From Aeromicrobium sp. (GTDB lineage: Bacteria > Actinomycetota > Actinomycetes > Propionibacteriales > Nocardioidaceae), in the NCBI GenBank assembly GCA_014377785.1, contig JACMOZ010000268.1:5424-69423 (forward strand): DNA of 64,000 bases, written 5' to 3'. A program made the position numbers and the translations under genes. Shown here in pieces: positions 20,162 through 29,072 of this stretch (positions are counted from its first letter, which is position 1; each line of letters begins with the position of its first letter). Below the pieces are notes generated by a model, which was not told the DNA's origin, made no database searches, and saw nothing but the letters and a program-made list of their open reading frames with translations.

Positions 20162-20427
20162 ATCCCCGCCTCATCTGGTTTGCCGCCGGCTCGGCCGCCG
20201 GTCTCTATGGCTCCTTCAAGGCCAAACGCGCTGCCTACCGATTGACACCGTCAGGACTCGTCGACCAAGCCAGCGCTCTCGGTGTCGGTTGGCGGGCGTT
20301 CAGCGCTGAAATGCAGGACGGTATGAACGCTCGCGAACACCGCATTGCCAACGACCTCGCTCTTCCCCTTGAGCTCAGCCCGCTCGAACTCAAAGCTACT
20401 CACCTCGACGAAAAGGAACAGCCCTGA
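20158..20427 (+). CDS. DUF6167-like small membrane protein
   Basis: 89 aa. The N-terminal pattern FAAGSAAGLYGSFKAKRAAYRLTP resembles the small protein family found upstream of alaS in actinobacteria. Its stop overlaps the alaS ATG (TGATG). Confidence 0.65.
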   Translation: MNPRLIWFAAGSAAGLYGSFKAKRAAYRLTPSGLVDQASALGVGWRAFSAEMQDGMNAREHRIANDLALPLELSPLELKATHLDEKEQP

Positions 20428-23084
20428 TGGACACTGCGGAAATTCGCAGGCGTTTTCTCGCACACTTCGAAGCCAACGGACACACTGTCGTGCCCTCGGC
20501 GCCGTTGCTCTTCAACGACCCGAACCTGCTGTTCGTCGGCGCCGGCATGGTGCCGTTTGTTCCGTATTTCACCGGCCAGGAGACGCCGCCGTGGGGGCGC
20601 GCCACCAGCGTTCAGAAGTGTGTGCGGACCCTCGACATCGAGGAAGTCGGCAAGACCACACGGCACGGAACATTTTTTCAAATGTGCGGCAATTTTTCCT
20701 TTGGTGATTACTTCAAGGCTGGCGCGATCGAATTCGCTTGGGACCTGTTGACCAAGTCACAGGATGACGGTGGGCTCGGCTTTGACGGGGACAGACTCTG
20801 GCCGACCGTCTATAAGACCGACGACGAATCGATCGAACTCTGGAAGCAGATCACTGGGCTTCCTGACGACCGGATTCAGCGCCGCGGGATGGCCGACAAC
20901 TACTGGTCGATGGGCATTCCTGGGCCATGCGGGCCCGACAGCGAAATCTTCTATGATCGGGGCCCTGGCTATGGGCCCGAGGGCGGCCCCGTCGTCGATG
21001 AGGAGCGGTTCCTGGAGATCTGGAACCTGGTCTTCATGCAGAACATTCGCGGCGAAGGAAACGGCAAGGATGGCTACGAGATCCTGGCCGAATTGCCCGA
21101 CAAGAATATCGACACTGGCATGGGCCTCGAACGCGTCGCATTCCTTCTCCAGGGCAAGGAAAACCTGTACGAGATCGATGAGGTGTTCCCGGTCATCGAG
21201 AAGGCGGTCGAACTCTCCGGCAAGGCCTATGGCACCAACCGCGAGAACGACATACGGTTCCGCGTCGTCGCCGACCATGTGCGAAGTGCCCTGATGCTGA
21301 TTGGCGACGGCGTCACGCCCGGCAACGAGGGACGCGGTTATGTCCTGCGCCGGTTGCTGCGAAGGGCCGTTCGTTCGATGCGACTCCTCGGATATGAGGA
21401 CAGTTCGCTGCCCGAACTGTTGCCGGTCAGCCTCGAAAAAATGAAGACTTCCTACCCCGAACTGGCGGCGGATTTCGCCCGCATTTCGGCCATTGCGTAT
21501 GCCGAAGAGGACGCGTTCGGCCAGACCCTCGTCAAGGGCACGCAGATCTTCGACCTTGCCGCCGGCAAAATCAAGGCGAGCGGCAAAACGCGGGTCGATG
21601 GCGATGCCGCTTTCCAGTTGCACGACACGTACGGCTTCCCGATCGACCTCACCCTCGAAATGGCGTCCGAACAAGGCCTCGACGTGGACGAAGAGGGATT
21701 TCGCGCCCTCATGGCCGAGCAGCGCACCCGGGCGAAGACCGATGCCAAGTCCAAAAAGGGTCAACACGCCGACACCTCGATTTATCGCAGCGCCCTCGAC
21801 GCCTTCGGCCCGACCGAATGGCTTGCCTACTCGACGCTTCAGACCGAGTCCTCGGTCAAGCGCATCCTGCTCGATGACTCAGAGGCTTCGGAGGTCGGCG
21901 AAGGCAGCATCGCCGAGGTCATCCTCAACCGCACCCCGTTTTATGCCGAATCGGGTGGCCAGAACGCCGATGCCGGCCACCTGGCGTGGGACGGCGGCCG
22001 AGCCGAAGTCCTCGACGTCCAAAGGCCGGTGCGCGGACTCGTCGTCCACCAGGTTCGCGTGATCGAAGGCGCATTGAGTTCAGCTGCAACTGTTGAGGCA
22101 CAAGTCGATCCGCAGTGGCGACTGGGCGCCTGCCAGGCTCACTCGGGCACACACGTCGTCCACGCGGCATTGCGCGAGATCCTCGGCCCGACAGCATTGC
22201 AGGCTGGTTCCTACAACCGACCGGGTTATCTCCGGCTCGACTTCGGCTGGAACGGGGCGCTCTCGCCGGAGCAGTTGCACGATGTCGAGGACGCGGCCAA
22301 TCGGGCGCTGCGACAGGACCTTCCCGTTTCGGCGAACACCATGACGTTGGAGAAGGCCCGCGAAATCGGTGCGCTCGCCCTGTTTGGTGAAACCTATGGC
22401 GAGGATGTCCGCGTCATCGAGATCGGTGGCCCGTGGTCGCGTGAACTCTGCGGTGGCACTCATGTCCAACGGTCTTCGCAAATCGGCACGGTCGTCGTCA
22501 CGTCCGACGGTTCGGTGGGCTCGGGCAACCGCCGAATCGAAGCCCTTGTCGGACTCGAGGGCTTTCAATACCTCGCCCGCGAACGTGACGTTGTTTCTCA
22601 ACTGACCGAACTCCTCAAGACCCAACACGATGATGTGCCGGCCCGCGTACAGGACGTGCTCGAACGACTCCGTACGGCCGAGAAGGAAATCGAACGCATC
22701 AAGGCCAAGCAACTTCTCGGAGCTGCCGGCGACATCGCCGCTGCTGCCAAGGACGTCGGGGAGGTGGCCTACGTCCGCCACCGCGCCGAGGGGGCCGGTG
22801 GTGGCGATGTGCGCAGTCTCGCCCTCGACATCCGTGGCCGGCTCAAAGACCGGCCTGCGGTCGTCGTCGTCATCGGCACCGCCGGCGACAAACCGTCGGC
22901 GATAGTTGCTCTCAATGACGCCGCTCAAACCAAAGGCCTGTCGGCCAACACCCTCATCGGGATAGTCGGTGCCAAGATCGGCGGTCGTGGCGGCGGCAAG
23001 AATGACGTCGCCCAGGGTGGCGGCACCGATCTCAGTGGAATCGACGCTGCTTTCGCGGCCGTAGAAGCCGAAATCGGCCGCTGA
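20427..23084 (+). CDS. alaS: Alanine--tRNA ligase
   Basis: 885 aa with a class II catalytic core, an editing domain with HSGTHVVH and CGGTH zinc motifs, and a C-terminal DHHA1 domain. Confidence 0.97.
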   Translation: MDTAEIRRRFLAHFEANGHTVVPSAPLLFNDPNLLFVGAGMVPFVPYFTGQETPPWGRATSVQKCVRTLDIEEVGKTTRHGTFFQMCGNFSFGDYFKAGAIEFAWDLLTKSQDDGGLGFDGDRLWPTVYKTDDESIELWKQITGLPDDRIQRRGMADNYWSMGIPGPCGPDSEIFYDRGPGYGPEGGPVVDEERFLEIWNLVFMQNIRGEGNGKDGYEILAELPDKNIDTGMGLERVAFLLQGKENLYEIDEVFPVIEKAVELSGKAYGTNRENDIRFRVVADHVRSALMLIGDGVTPGNEGRGYVLRRLLRRAVRSMRLLGYEDSSLPELLPVSLEKMKTSYPELAADFARISAIAYAEEDAFGQTLVKGTQIFDLAAGKIKASGKTRVDGDAAFQLHDTYGFPIDLTLEMASEQGLDVDEEGFRALMAEQRTRAKTDAKSKKGQHADTSIYRSALDAFGPTEWLAYSTLQTESSVKRILLDDSEASEVGEGSIAEVILNRTPFYAESGGQNADAGHLAWDGGRAEVLDVQRPVRGLVVHQVRVIEGALSSAATVEAQVDPQWRLGACQAHSGTHVVHAALREILGPTALQAGSYNRPGYLRLDFGWNGALSPEQLHDVEDAANRALRQDLPVSANTMTLEKAREIGALALFGETYGEDVRVIEIGGPWSRELCGGTHVQRSSQIGTVVVTSDGSVGSGNRRIEALVGLEGFQYLARERDVVSQLTELLKTQHDDVPARVQDVLERLRTAEKEIERIKAKQLLGAAGDIAAAAKDVGEVAYVRHRAEGAGGGDVRSLALDIRGRLKDRPAVVVVIGTAGDKPSAIVALNDAAQTKGLSANTLIGIVGAKIGGRGGGKNDVAQGGGTDLSGIDAAFAAVEAEIGR

Positions 23085-23086
23085 GT

Positions 23087-23533
23087 ATGCGCCAAGGTCG
23101 CCGGATAGCCATCGATGTGGGCGATGTTCGCATCGGTGTCGCCGTGAGCGACCCTGCCGGAATGATCGCGACTCCGGTCGAGACCGTGGCGGCTGGAAAA
23201 CAGGCGATGGACCGCCTCGCCGCGATTGTGGCCGAGTTCGAACCGGTCGAATGCGTCGTCGGTTTGCCTTTGTCCCTGTCGGGCCGTGAAGGCCCGGCGG
23301 CCGTTAAGGTCCGTGTGTTCGCAGGTCAACTTGCGGAGCGTATTTCACCGGTGCCCATTCGGCTTTTCGACGAAAGAATGTCTACGATTACTGCTGACAG
23401 TTTGTTGAGACATAGCGCGAAGTCCCGAGCAAAGAAACGCAGCGTCATCGATCAGGCAGCGGCCACGGTGATTTTGCAAACAGCCTTGGACACCGAACGG
23501 ACCAGCGGGTCTGTGCCAGGCGAGACCCTGTGA
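23087..23533 (+). CDS. ruvX: Holliday junction resolvase-like pre-16S rRNA nuclease RuvX/YqgF
   Basis: 148 aa beginning GRRIAIDVGDVRIGVAVSD (YqgF fold). It sits in alaS-ruvX-mltG synteny. Confidence 0.92.
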   Translation: MRQGRRIAIDVGDVRIGVAVSDPAGMIATPVETVAAGKQAMDRLAAIVAEFEPVECVVGLPLSLSGREGPAAVKVRVFAGQLAERISPVPIRLFDERMSTITADSLLRHSAKSRAKKRSVIDQAAATVILQTALDTERTSGSVPGETL

Positions 23534-23539
23534 GGAATC

Positions 23540-24679
23540 ATGACTGATAGCGGCCTTGACTTGGTGACGGGCGGCGGTTCGAAACGCCCGCATCCCGGTC
23601 GCCGTCGTGCGACGCCGGCCAGAAAAAGAAGGCTGTGGCTCAGGCGGCTGCTCGCTCTGCTCATAGTTGTCGTTCTCGTCTTCGGCGGATACAAGGCGTG
23701 GGGCAAGGCTTCGACTTATCTCAACGGCCCGGCTGATTACACCGGTCAGGGTGCCGGCAACGTGGTTTTCGAGGTCGCCTCCGGAGCTGATGGCATGGCG
23801 ATCGCCAATGCCCTCAAAAAGGCCGGTGTGATCAAGAGCGCCGAGTCGTTCTACCAATTGTCACTCAAGGACGCGCGGTCCCAGTCGATTCAGCCCGGTT
23901 TCTACAAACTCCGCAAACAGATGTCTGCCGACTTCGCCCTGCGTGAACTCAGCGACAAGGCCAACCGGGTCGAAGGCAAAGTCACCATTCCCGAAGGCTC
24001 ACGGGTCGGCCAGATCGTGTCGGCCATCGTCAAAGGCTCGGACCTCAAGCAGGCCGACCTCACGGCGGCTCTCAAGAAGCCCGAAACGCTCGGGCTTCCC
24101 GCAGCGGCCAATAACAACCCCGAGGGCTACCTCTACCCGGCGACCTACACGGTCGAACCCGGCACCACGGCGACTGAACTGCTCCAGTCGATGGTGGCCG
24201 AGACTCTCGCGGTCGAAAAGGATCTCGACATCGGCACCCGCGCCGAAGCGCTTGGCCTCAGTTCCGAAGAAATCCTCACGGTGGCCAGCATCCTCGAATA
24301 CGAAGCCAAACAGGATGCGGACTATCCCAAGGTCGCACGTGTCCTCTACAACCGCATCAAAGCCGGTATGGCCCTCCAGCTTGACTCGACGGTGGCGTAC
24401 GTCAGCCAGCGCAAGGGCGATGTCTTCACGACAGATGCCGAACGCAACAACCAGTCCGCCTACAACACCTACCAGCACACGGGACTGCCACCGGGACCGA
24501 TCGGTTCGCCGGGCCAGAAGACTATCGAAGCGGCGCTCAACCCGGCTGACGGCAGCTGGCTCTACTTTGTCGCCGTCAACCTCGACACCGGGGACACCAT
24601 TTTTTCGGACACCTTCGCCGAACACAACAAGGCCGTGGCCAAACTCCAGGAGTTCTGCCGCAGTTCAGAAAGTTGCTGA
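23540..24679 (+). CDS. mltG: Endolytic murein transglycosylase MltG (YceG-like)
   Basis: Basic N-terminal tail, single TM and a YceG domain (NPEGYLYPATY; AYNTYQHTGLPPGPI). Confidence 0.93.
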   Translation: MTDSGLDLVTGGGSKRPHPGRRRATPARKRRLWLRRLLALLIVVVLVFGGYKAWGKASTYLNGPADYTGQGAGNVVFEVASGADGMAIANALKKAGVIKSAESFYQLSLKDARSQSIQPGFYKLRKQMSADFALRELSDKANRVEGKVTIPEGSRVGQIVSAIVKGSDLKQADLTAALKKPETLGLPAAANNNPEGYLYPATYTVEPGTTATELLQSMVAETLAVEKDLDIGTRAEALGLSSEEILTVASILEYEAKQDADYPKVARVLYNRIKAGMALQLDSTVAYVSQRKGDVFTTDAERNNQSAYNTYQHTGLPPGPIGSPGQKTIEAALNPADGSWLYFVAVNLDTGDTIFSDTFAEHNKAVAKLQEFCRSSESC

Positions 24680-25488
24680 TGAACACACGTTGCGCTGTTC
24701 TCGGAAAACCCATCAACCATTCGTTGTCGCCGGTCATGCACCGGGCCGCCTATGCCTACCTCGGTCTCGACTGGACGTATGGAGCCATCGAAGTCGCCGA
24801 GTCCGAACTGGCAGCTTTCATGCAGGGTTGTGATGAGTCCTGGCGGGGCCTTTCGCTGACGATGCCACTCAAACGTGAAGTGATAGGTCTCGCCGACGAG
24901 GTGACCAAGGTTGCCCGCATTCTCAATGTTGCCAATACGGTGGAATTTCGTGACGGTCAGATCATTGCGAGTAACACCGATTGCGCCGGTGCCCTTTCGG
25001 CCATGACTGAACGTGGCGTCCGCAAGACCAAAACGGCCCGCATCCTCGGCGGCGGCGCGACCGCGGCATCGATCGCTTACGCCTTGGCTTCCAAAGGCGT
25101 CGAGCACCTCGAATTCGTCGTCCGCGACCCCAGCCGCGCCGAGGAAGCCGTCGCGGTCGCCCGGGAGGCCGGAGTCGACGTCGTCGTTCGCGAGATCGAC
25201 AAACCGCTGATCGACGTCGTCGACCTGCTGGTATCGACCGTCCCGGAAAAAGTCGTACGCCAGAACGCTCATGACCTGGTCGACTCCGCACACGCGGTGT
25301 TTGACGTGATTTATGATCCCTGGCCGACGCCGTTGGCGAAAGCCGCGAAGGAGGCGGGCGTTCCACTGGTTTCGGGCCTCGACCTGTTGGCGCATCAGGC
25401 GACGTTCCAGGTGGAACTCATGACGGGCAGCCCGGTCGACGTCGATCTGCTGCGCGATGCCGCGTTGGCTGAACTCGCCGCTCGCTAG
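24679..25488 (+). CDS. aroE: Shikimate dehydrogenase
   Basis: N-terminal motif GKPINHSLSPVMH, an NAD(P) Rossmann segment and the LLAHQA motif. ATG 24679 overlaps the mltG stop by 1 nt; TTG 24673 is an alternative. Confidence 0.9.
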   Translation: MNTRCAVLGKPINHSLSPVMHRAAYAYLGLDWTYGAIEVAESELAAFMQGCDESWRGLSLTMPLKREVIGLADEVTKVARILNVANTVEFRDGQIIASNTDCAGALSAMTERGVRKTKTARILGGGATAASIAYALASKGVEHLEFVVRDPSRAEEAVAVAREAGVDVVVREIDKPLIDVVDLLVSTVPEKVVRQNAHDLVDSAHAVFDVIYDPWPTPLAKAAKEAGVPLVSGLDLLAHQATFQVELMTGSPVDVDLLRDAALAELAAR

Positions 25489-25496
25489 GGTCGCTC

Positions 25497-26165
25497 ATGA
25501 TTGTTTGGTTGGGCGCCGTCGTCGCCGCGGGCTTCATCGGCGCGTGCGGGCCCACTGTCCTCGCCCGGATCCCCGAACCCGAGGAACCCGCGGACGACAA
25601 ACTGCGCTATGCCGATCTTGCTGCCAGGCCTCGGCTCAGCCTGTGGCTCGGCGTCGTGGCAGCGATCGCGGCAGGCCTCGTGGCCTCTCGGATCGACATT
25701 GCCTGGCTGGTTCCCGTCTGGGTCGTCGTGGCCGGAGTCGGCGCCTGGCTGGCTTTCATCGACTGGCATACCCGGCTTCTGCCGTTTGTGATTGTCTATC
25801 CGTTCAACTTCGTCGTCTTCGTGCTGCTGATCCTGGCGGCCGTGGTCGAAGGCGATTGGTCGATCCTGCAACGCGGACTCATCGGCGGCGTTGTGGTTTA
25901 TCTGATCTTCCGGCTCATGTACCGGCTCTACCGACAAGGCATCGGTTACGGCGATGTGCGGTTGTCCCTGGGTCTCGGTCTGGCGCTCGGCGCCCTCGGC
26001 GGTTCGGAAGTTATCTGGGGACTGTGGCTCGGTTTCGCCCTCGGTGCAGCCTTTTCGATCGTCTTGTCGCTCTTCAAACTCGTCGATCGCAAGGGTTTCG
26101 CCTTCGGGCCCTATCTAATCCTCGGGGCCATCGTCGGCGCATCCTGGTCCCCGACCTTCCTCTAG
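25497..26165 (+). CDS. Prepilin peptidase (A24 family aspartic peptidase)
   Basis: Polytopic membrane protein with the GYGDVRL motif and a C-terminal FGPYLILGA motif, both typical of type IV prepilin peptidases. Confidence 0.85.
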   Translation: MIVWLGAVVAAGFIGACGPTVLARIPEPEEPADDKLRYADLAARPRLSLWLGVVAAIAAGLVASRIDIAWLVPVWVVVAGVGAWLAFIDWHTRLLPFVIVYPFNFVVFVLLILAAVVEGDWSILQRGLIGGVVVYLIFRLMYRLYRQGIGYGDVRLSLGLGLALGALGGSEVIWGLWLGFALGAAFSIVLSLFKLVDRKGFAFGPYLILGAIVGASWSPTFL

Positions 26166-26169
26166 CCGA

Positions 26170-26269
26170 GTCACAAGTTTCCCAGCATGACCCAGGTTTC
26201 TGCTATCGATAACAGGTTGCAACGTGTTATCAGTAACAGTTTTCGGGGACCTCCTGGGAAACTTGGGGC
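26170..26269. repeat. Intergenic palindromic element, type 2 (arms CAAGTTTCCCAG / CTGGGAAACTTG), enclosing a 24-bp palindrome
   Basis: The left arm GTCACAAGTTTCCCAG (26170-26185) and right arm CCTGGGAAACTTGGGG (26254-26269) are perfectly complementary over 12 bp. The left 16-mer recurs inverted at 34913-34928. The right flank CTTGGGGCGGG is the reverse complement of the first 11 nt of the element at 54090. Confidence 0.7.
26208..26231. promoter_or_regulatory. 24-bp near-perfect palindrome GATAACAGGTTGCAACGTGTTATC (candidate operator upstream of aroC)
   Basis: Self-complementary except for one central-arm pair (G/G). It sits in a locally AT-richer patch 63 nt upstream of aroC ATG 26294 and is centred inside the type 2 element. 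Confidence 0.5.
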
Positions 26270-26293
26270 GGGAGTGGTGGGAGACTTGGGCAC

Positions 26294-27472
26294 ATGCTGC
26301 GTTGGTTGACCGCCGGAGAGTCTCACGGCCCTGCACTCGTTGCCGTCCTGGAAGGGTTGCCGGCCAGTGTGCGCGTGACCAGCAAGGACATCCAGGCTGC
26401 TCTGGCTCGTCGTCGCCTCGGTTACGGCCGTGGGGCCCGTATGACGTTTGAGCAGGACGAACTCGAGATCGTCGGTGGCATCCGCCACGGACTGACCTTG
26501 GGCGGACCGATTGCTCTGCGCATCGGCAACAGCGAATGGCCCAAATGGGATCAGGTCATGTCGGCCGATCCGATCGATCCGAAGATTCTCGACGGTCTCA
26601 AGCGCAATGCACCGTTGACCCGTCCGCGTCCTGGCCACGCCGACCTCGCCGGCATGCAGAAATACGGCTTCGATGAGGCCCGGCCGATCCTCGAACGTGC
26701 CAGTGCCCGCGAAACCGCGGCGCGCGTCGCCCTCGGCGAAATCGCCGCCCAATTCATCGAGCAGGTCACCGGCGCGACCATCGTGTCGCACGTCGTCGAG
26801 TTGGGAAAAGCCAAAGCGCCCGCTGGCGTCATCCCGCGCAAAGCCGACCTGGAAGCGCTCGACGCCGACCCGGTCAGGTGTTTCGACCCCGAGACGAGTG
26901 CTGCCATGGTCGCCGAGATCGACCTCGCTCATAAAGACGGCGACACCCTCGGCGGCATTGTCGAAGTCGTCGTCGAAGGACTTCCTCCCGGTCTCGGCGC
27001 GCATACGCACTGGGACAAACGGCTCGACTCCCAACTCGCGGGGGCATTGATGGGCATCCAGGCGATCAAGGGCGTCGAAATTGGCGATGGTTTCGAACTC
27101 GCCCGCACCCGCGGATCGCTCGCCCATGACGAAATCATCAACACAGACGAGGGTATTCGGCGAACCTCGGGACACTCCGGAGGCACCGAAGGCGGCATGA
27201 CGACAGGTGAATTGCTGCGAGTGCGCGCCGCCATGAAGCCGATCGCCACCGTGCCCCGAGCCTTGCGGACGATCGATGTCGCCACCGGAGAAGAAGCCCG
27301 CGCCCACCATCAACGCTCTGACGTATGCGCGGTACCGGCCGCAGGAATCGTCGCCGAGGCGATGGTCGCCTTGACCGTGGCCAACTCGATCCTGGACAAA
27401 TTCGGCGGTGACTCGGTCGTTGAGACCAAGCGCAACGTCGATAGTTATCTCGCAGCCTTGAGGCTCCGATGA
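26294..27472 (+). CDS. aroC: Chorismate synthase
   Basis: 392 aa starting [16 protein letters not shown], with the conserved GRSSARETA-like segment ([12 protein letters not shown]). Confidence 0.96.
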   Translation: MLRWLTAGESHGPALVAVLEGLPASVRVTSKDIQAALARRRLGYGRGARMTFEQDELEIVGGIRHGLTLGGPIALRIGNSEWPKWDQVMSADPIDPKILDGLKRNAPLTRPRPGHADLAGMQKYGFDEARPILERASARETAARVALGEIAAQFIEQVTGATIVSHVVELGKAKAPAGVIPRKADLEALDADPVRCFDPETSAAMVAEIDLAHKDGDTLGGIVEVVVEGLPPGLGAHTHWDKRLDSQLAGALMGIQAIKGVEIGDGFELARTRGSLAHDEIINTDEGIRRTSGHSGGTEGGMTTGELLRVRAAMKPIATVPRALRTIDVATGEEARAHHQRSDVCAVPAAGIVAEAMVALTVANSILDKFGGDSVVETKRNVDSYLAALRLR

Positions 27473-27978
27473 GTCCGATCGTCGTCCTGGTCGGTCCTCC
27501 CGGCGCGGGCAAAACCACGGTTGCCACCGCGGTCGCCGCGCGACTCGGAGCCGCAATGCGGGATACCGATGAGGACATCGTGCGCGCCGAATCGATGTCA
27601 GTCGCCGAAGTGTTCATCGACAAAGGCGAAGGTTATTTCCGCGAACGTGAGACCGCCGCGGTAAGAGATGCCCTTGCCAGTCACGAGGGCGTCCTCGCCC
27701 TCGGCGGCGGTGCCGTGATCAACCGCAATATCCGCGAACTTCTCAAGGCCGAATGTGTCGTCTTTCTCGATGTCGGCCTGACCGCAGCCGTCAAACGTGT
27801 TGGAATGAACGCCAATCGCCCGCTGCTGCTCGGAAATGTGCGTGCCCAACTCAAGCTGCTCATGGACGAACGCCGCGTCCTCTACGGTGAGGTTGCCAGC
27901 TTCATTATCGACACCGACGACCTCGATGCCGAGCAGGTTGCCGAGAGCGTTGTCGCCTGCCTTCAGGAGAAAATGTGA
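27469..27978 (+). CDS. aroK: Shikimate kinase
   Basis: 169 aa with P-loop GPPGAGKTT and the GGGAV motif. ATGA overlap with aroC. Confidence 0.94.
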   Translation: MSPIVVLVGPPGAGKTTVATAVAARLGAAMRDTDEDIVRAESMSVAEVFIDKGEGYFRERETAAVRDALASHEGVLALGGGAVINRNIRELLKAECVVFLDVGLTAAVKRVGMNANRPLLLGNVRAQLKLLMDERRVLYGEVASFIIDTDDLDAEQVAESVVACLQEKM

Positions 27979-29072
27979 GTCAGACCCGCCTTAGCGTCGC
28001 CACCGCATCGCCCTACGACGTCGTCATCGGCAACGGCGTGCACGCCGAACTTCGGGGGCTTTTGGGCGAAGGCGTCGCCCGTGTCGCGATCATCCACTCG
28101 GCAGCGCTCGTCGGTCGAGCCCATGACTTGCGCGATCCCCTCGTAGCCGACGGTATGGACGTCCACCTGATCGAAGTTCCCGAGGGCGAAGCCGCCAAAC
28201 AGGCGGACGTCGTTGCGTTCTGTTGGGGAATCCTCGGTCAGGCCGGGTTCACCCGCTCTGACGCGGTCGTCGGTCTCGGTGGGGGAGCGACCACGGACGT
28301 CGCCGGCTTTGTCGCCGCCAGCTGGTTGCGCGGTGTAAAACTCGTCTCGGTCCCCACCACGGTCCTGGGTATGGTCGATGCGGCAGTTGGCGGCAAGACC
28401 GGTATCAACACCGAAGCCGGCAAAAATCTCGTCGGTGCTTTTCATGAGCCCGCGGGCGTCCTGTGCGAACTCGACACGCTGGCAACTCTCCCGATGACGG
28501 AGGTGCGAAGCGGCCTGGCGGAGATCATCAAGTGCGGATTCATCAGCGACCCGACGATTCTCGACCTGGTCGAAGCCGCACCCGGGGCCGCTCTTGACGT
28601 GTCCGGCCCGATCATGACCGAACTCATCATCAAGGGGATTGCGGTCAAGGCCGAAACGGTTGCCGGCGACCTTCGTGAGTCGGGCCTGGGGCCGGACGGC
28701 TCGATCGGCCGCGAAGCGCTCAACTACGGTCATACGCTCGGCCATGCAATCGAGCGACTCGAGAATTACACGGTCCGCCACGGCGAAGCGATTTCGGTCG
28801 GTATGGTTTTTGCCGCCGAGTTGTCGGGGCTCAGCGGCCGCATCTCACCCGAACTCGTGGCCCGCCATCGGCACATCCTCGGCCTCGTCGGATTGCCGAC
28901 AACTTACCGATCGGGTGCCTTCGACGAATTGTTGGCGGCGATGAGGCTCGACAAGAAGTCCCGGGGTTCGCAATTGCGTTTCGTCGTGCTCGAATCGCTC
29001 GATCATCCCGTGATCCTCGCCGGTCCCGATGATGAGATGCTGCGGGCCGCATACGCACAGATCACCCGATGA
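27975..29072 (+). CDS. aroB: 3-dehydroquinate synthase
   Basis: 365 aa with the GGGATTDVAGF nucleotide motif and metal ligands (HTLGHAIE). GTGA overlap with aroK. Confidence 0.95.
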   Translation: MSQTRLSVATASPYDVVIGNGVHAELRGLLGEGVARVAIIHSAALVGRAHDLRDPLVADGMDVHLIEVPEGEAAKQADVVAFCWGILGQAGFTRSDAVVGLGGGATTDVAGFVAASWLRGVKLVSVPTTVLGMVDAAVGGKTGINTEAGKNLVGAFHEPAGVLCELDTLATLPMTEVRSGLAEIIKCGFISDPTILDLVEAAPGAALDVSGPIMTELIIKGIAVKAETVAGDLRESGLGPDGSIGREALNYGHTLGHAIERLENYTVRHGEAISVGMVFAAELSGLSGRISPELVARHRHILGLVGLPTTYRSGAFDELLAAMRLDKKSRGSQLRFVVLESLDHPVILAGPDDEMLRAAYAQITR

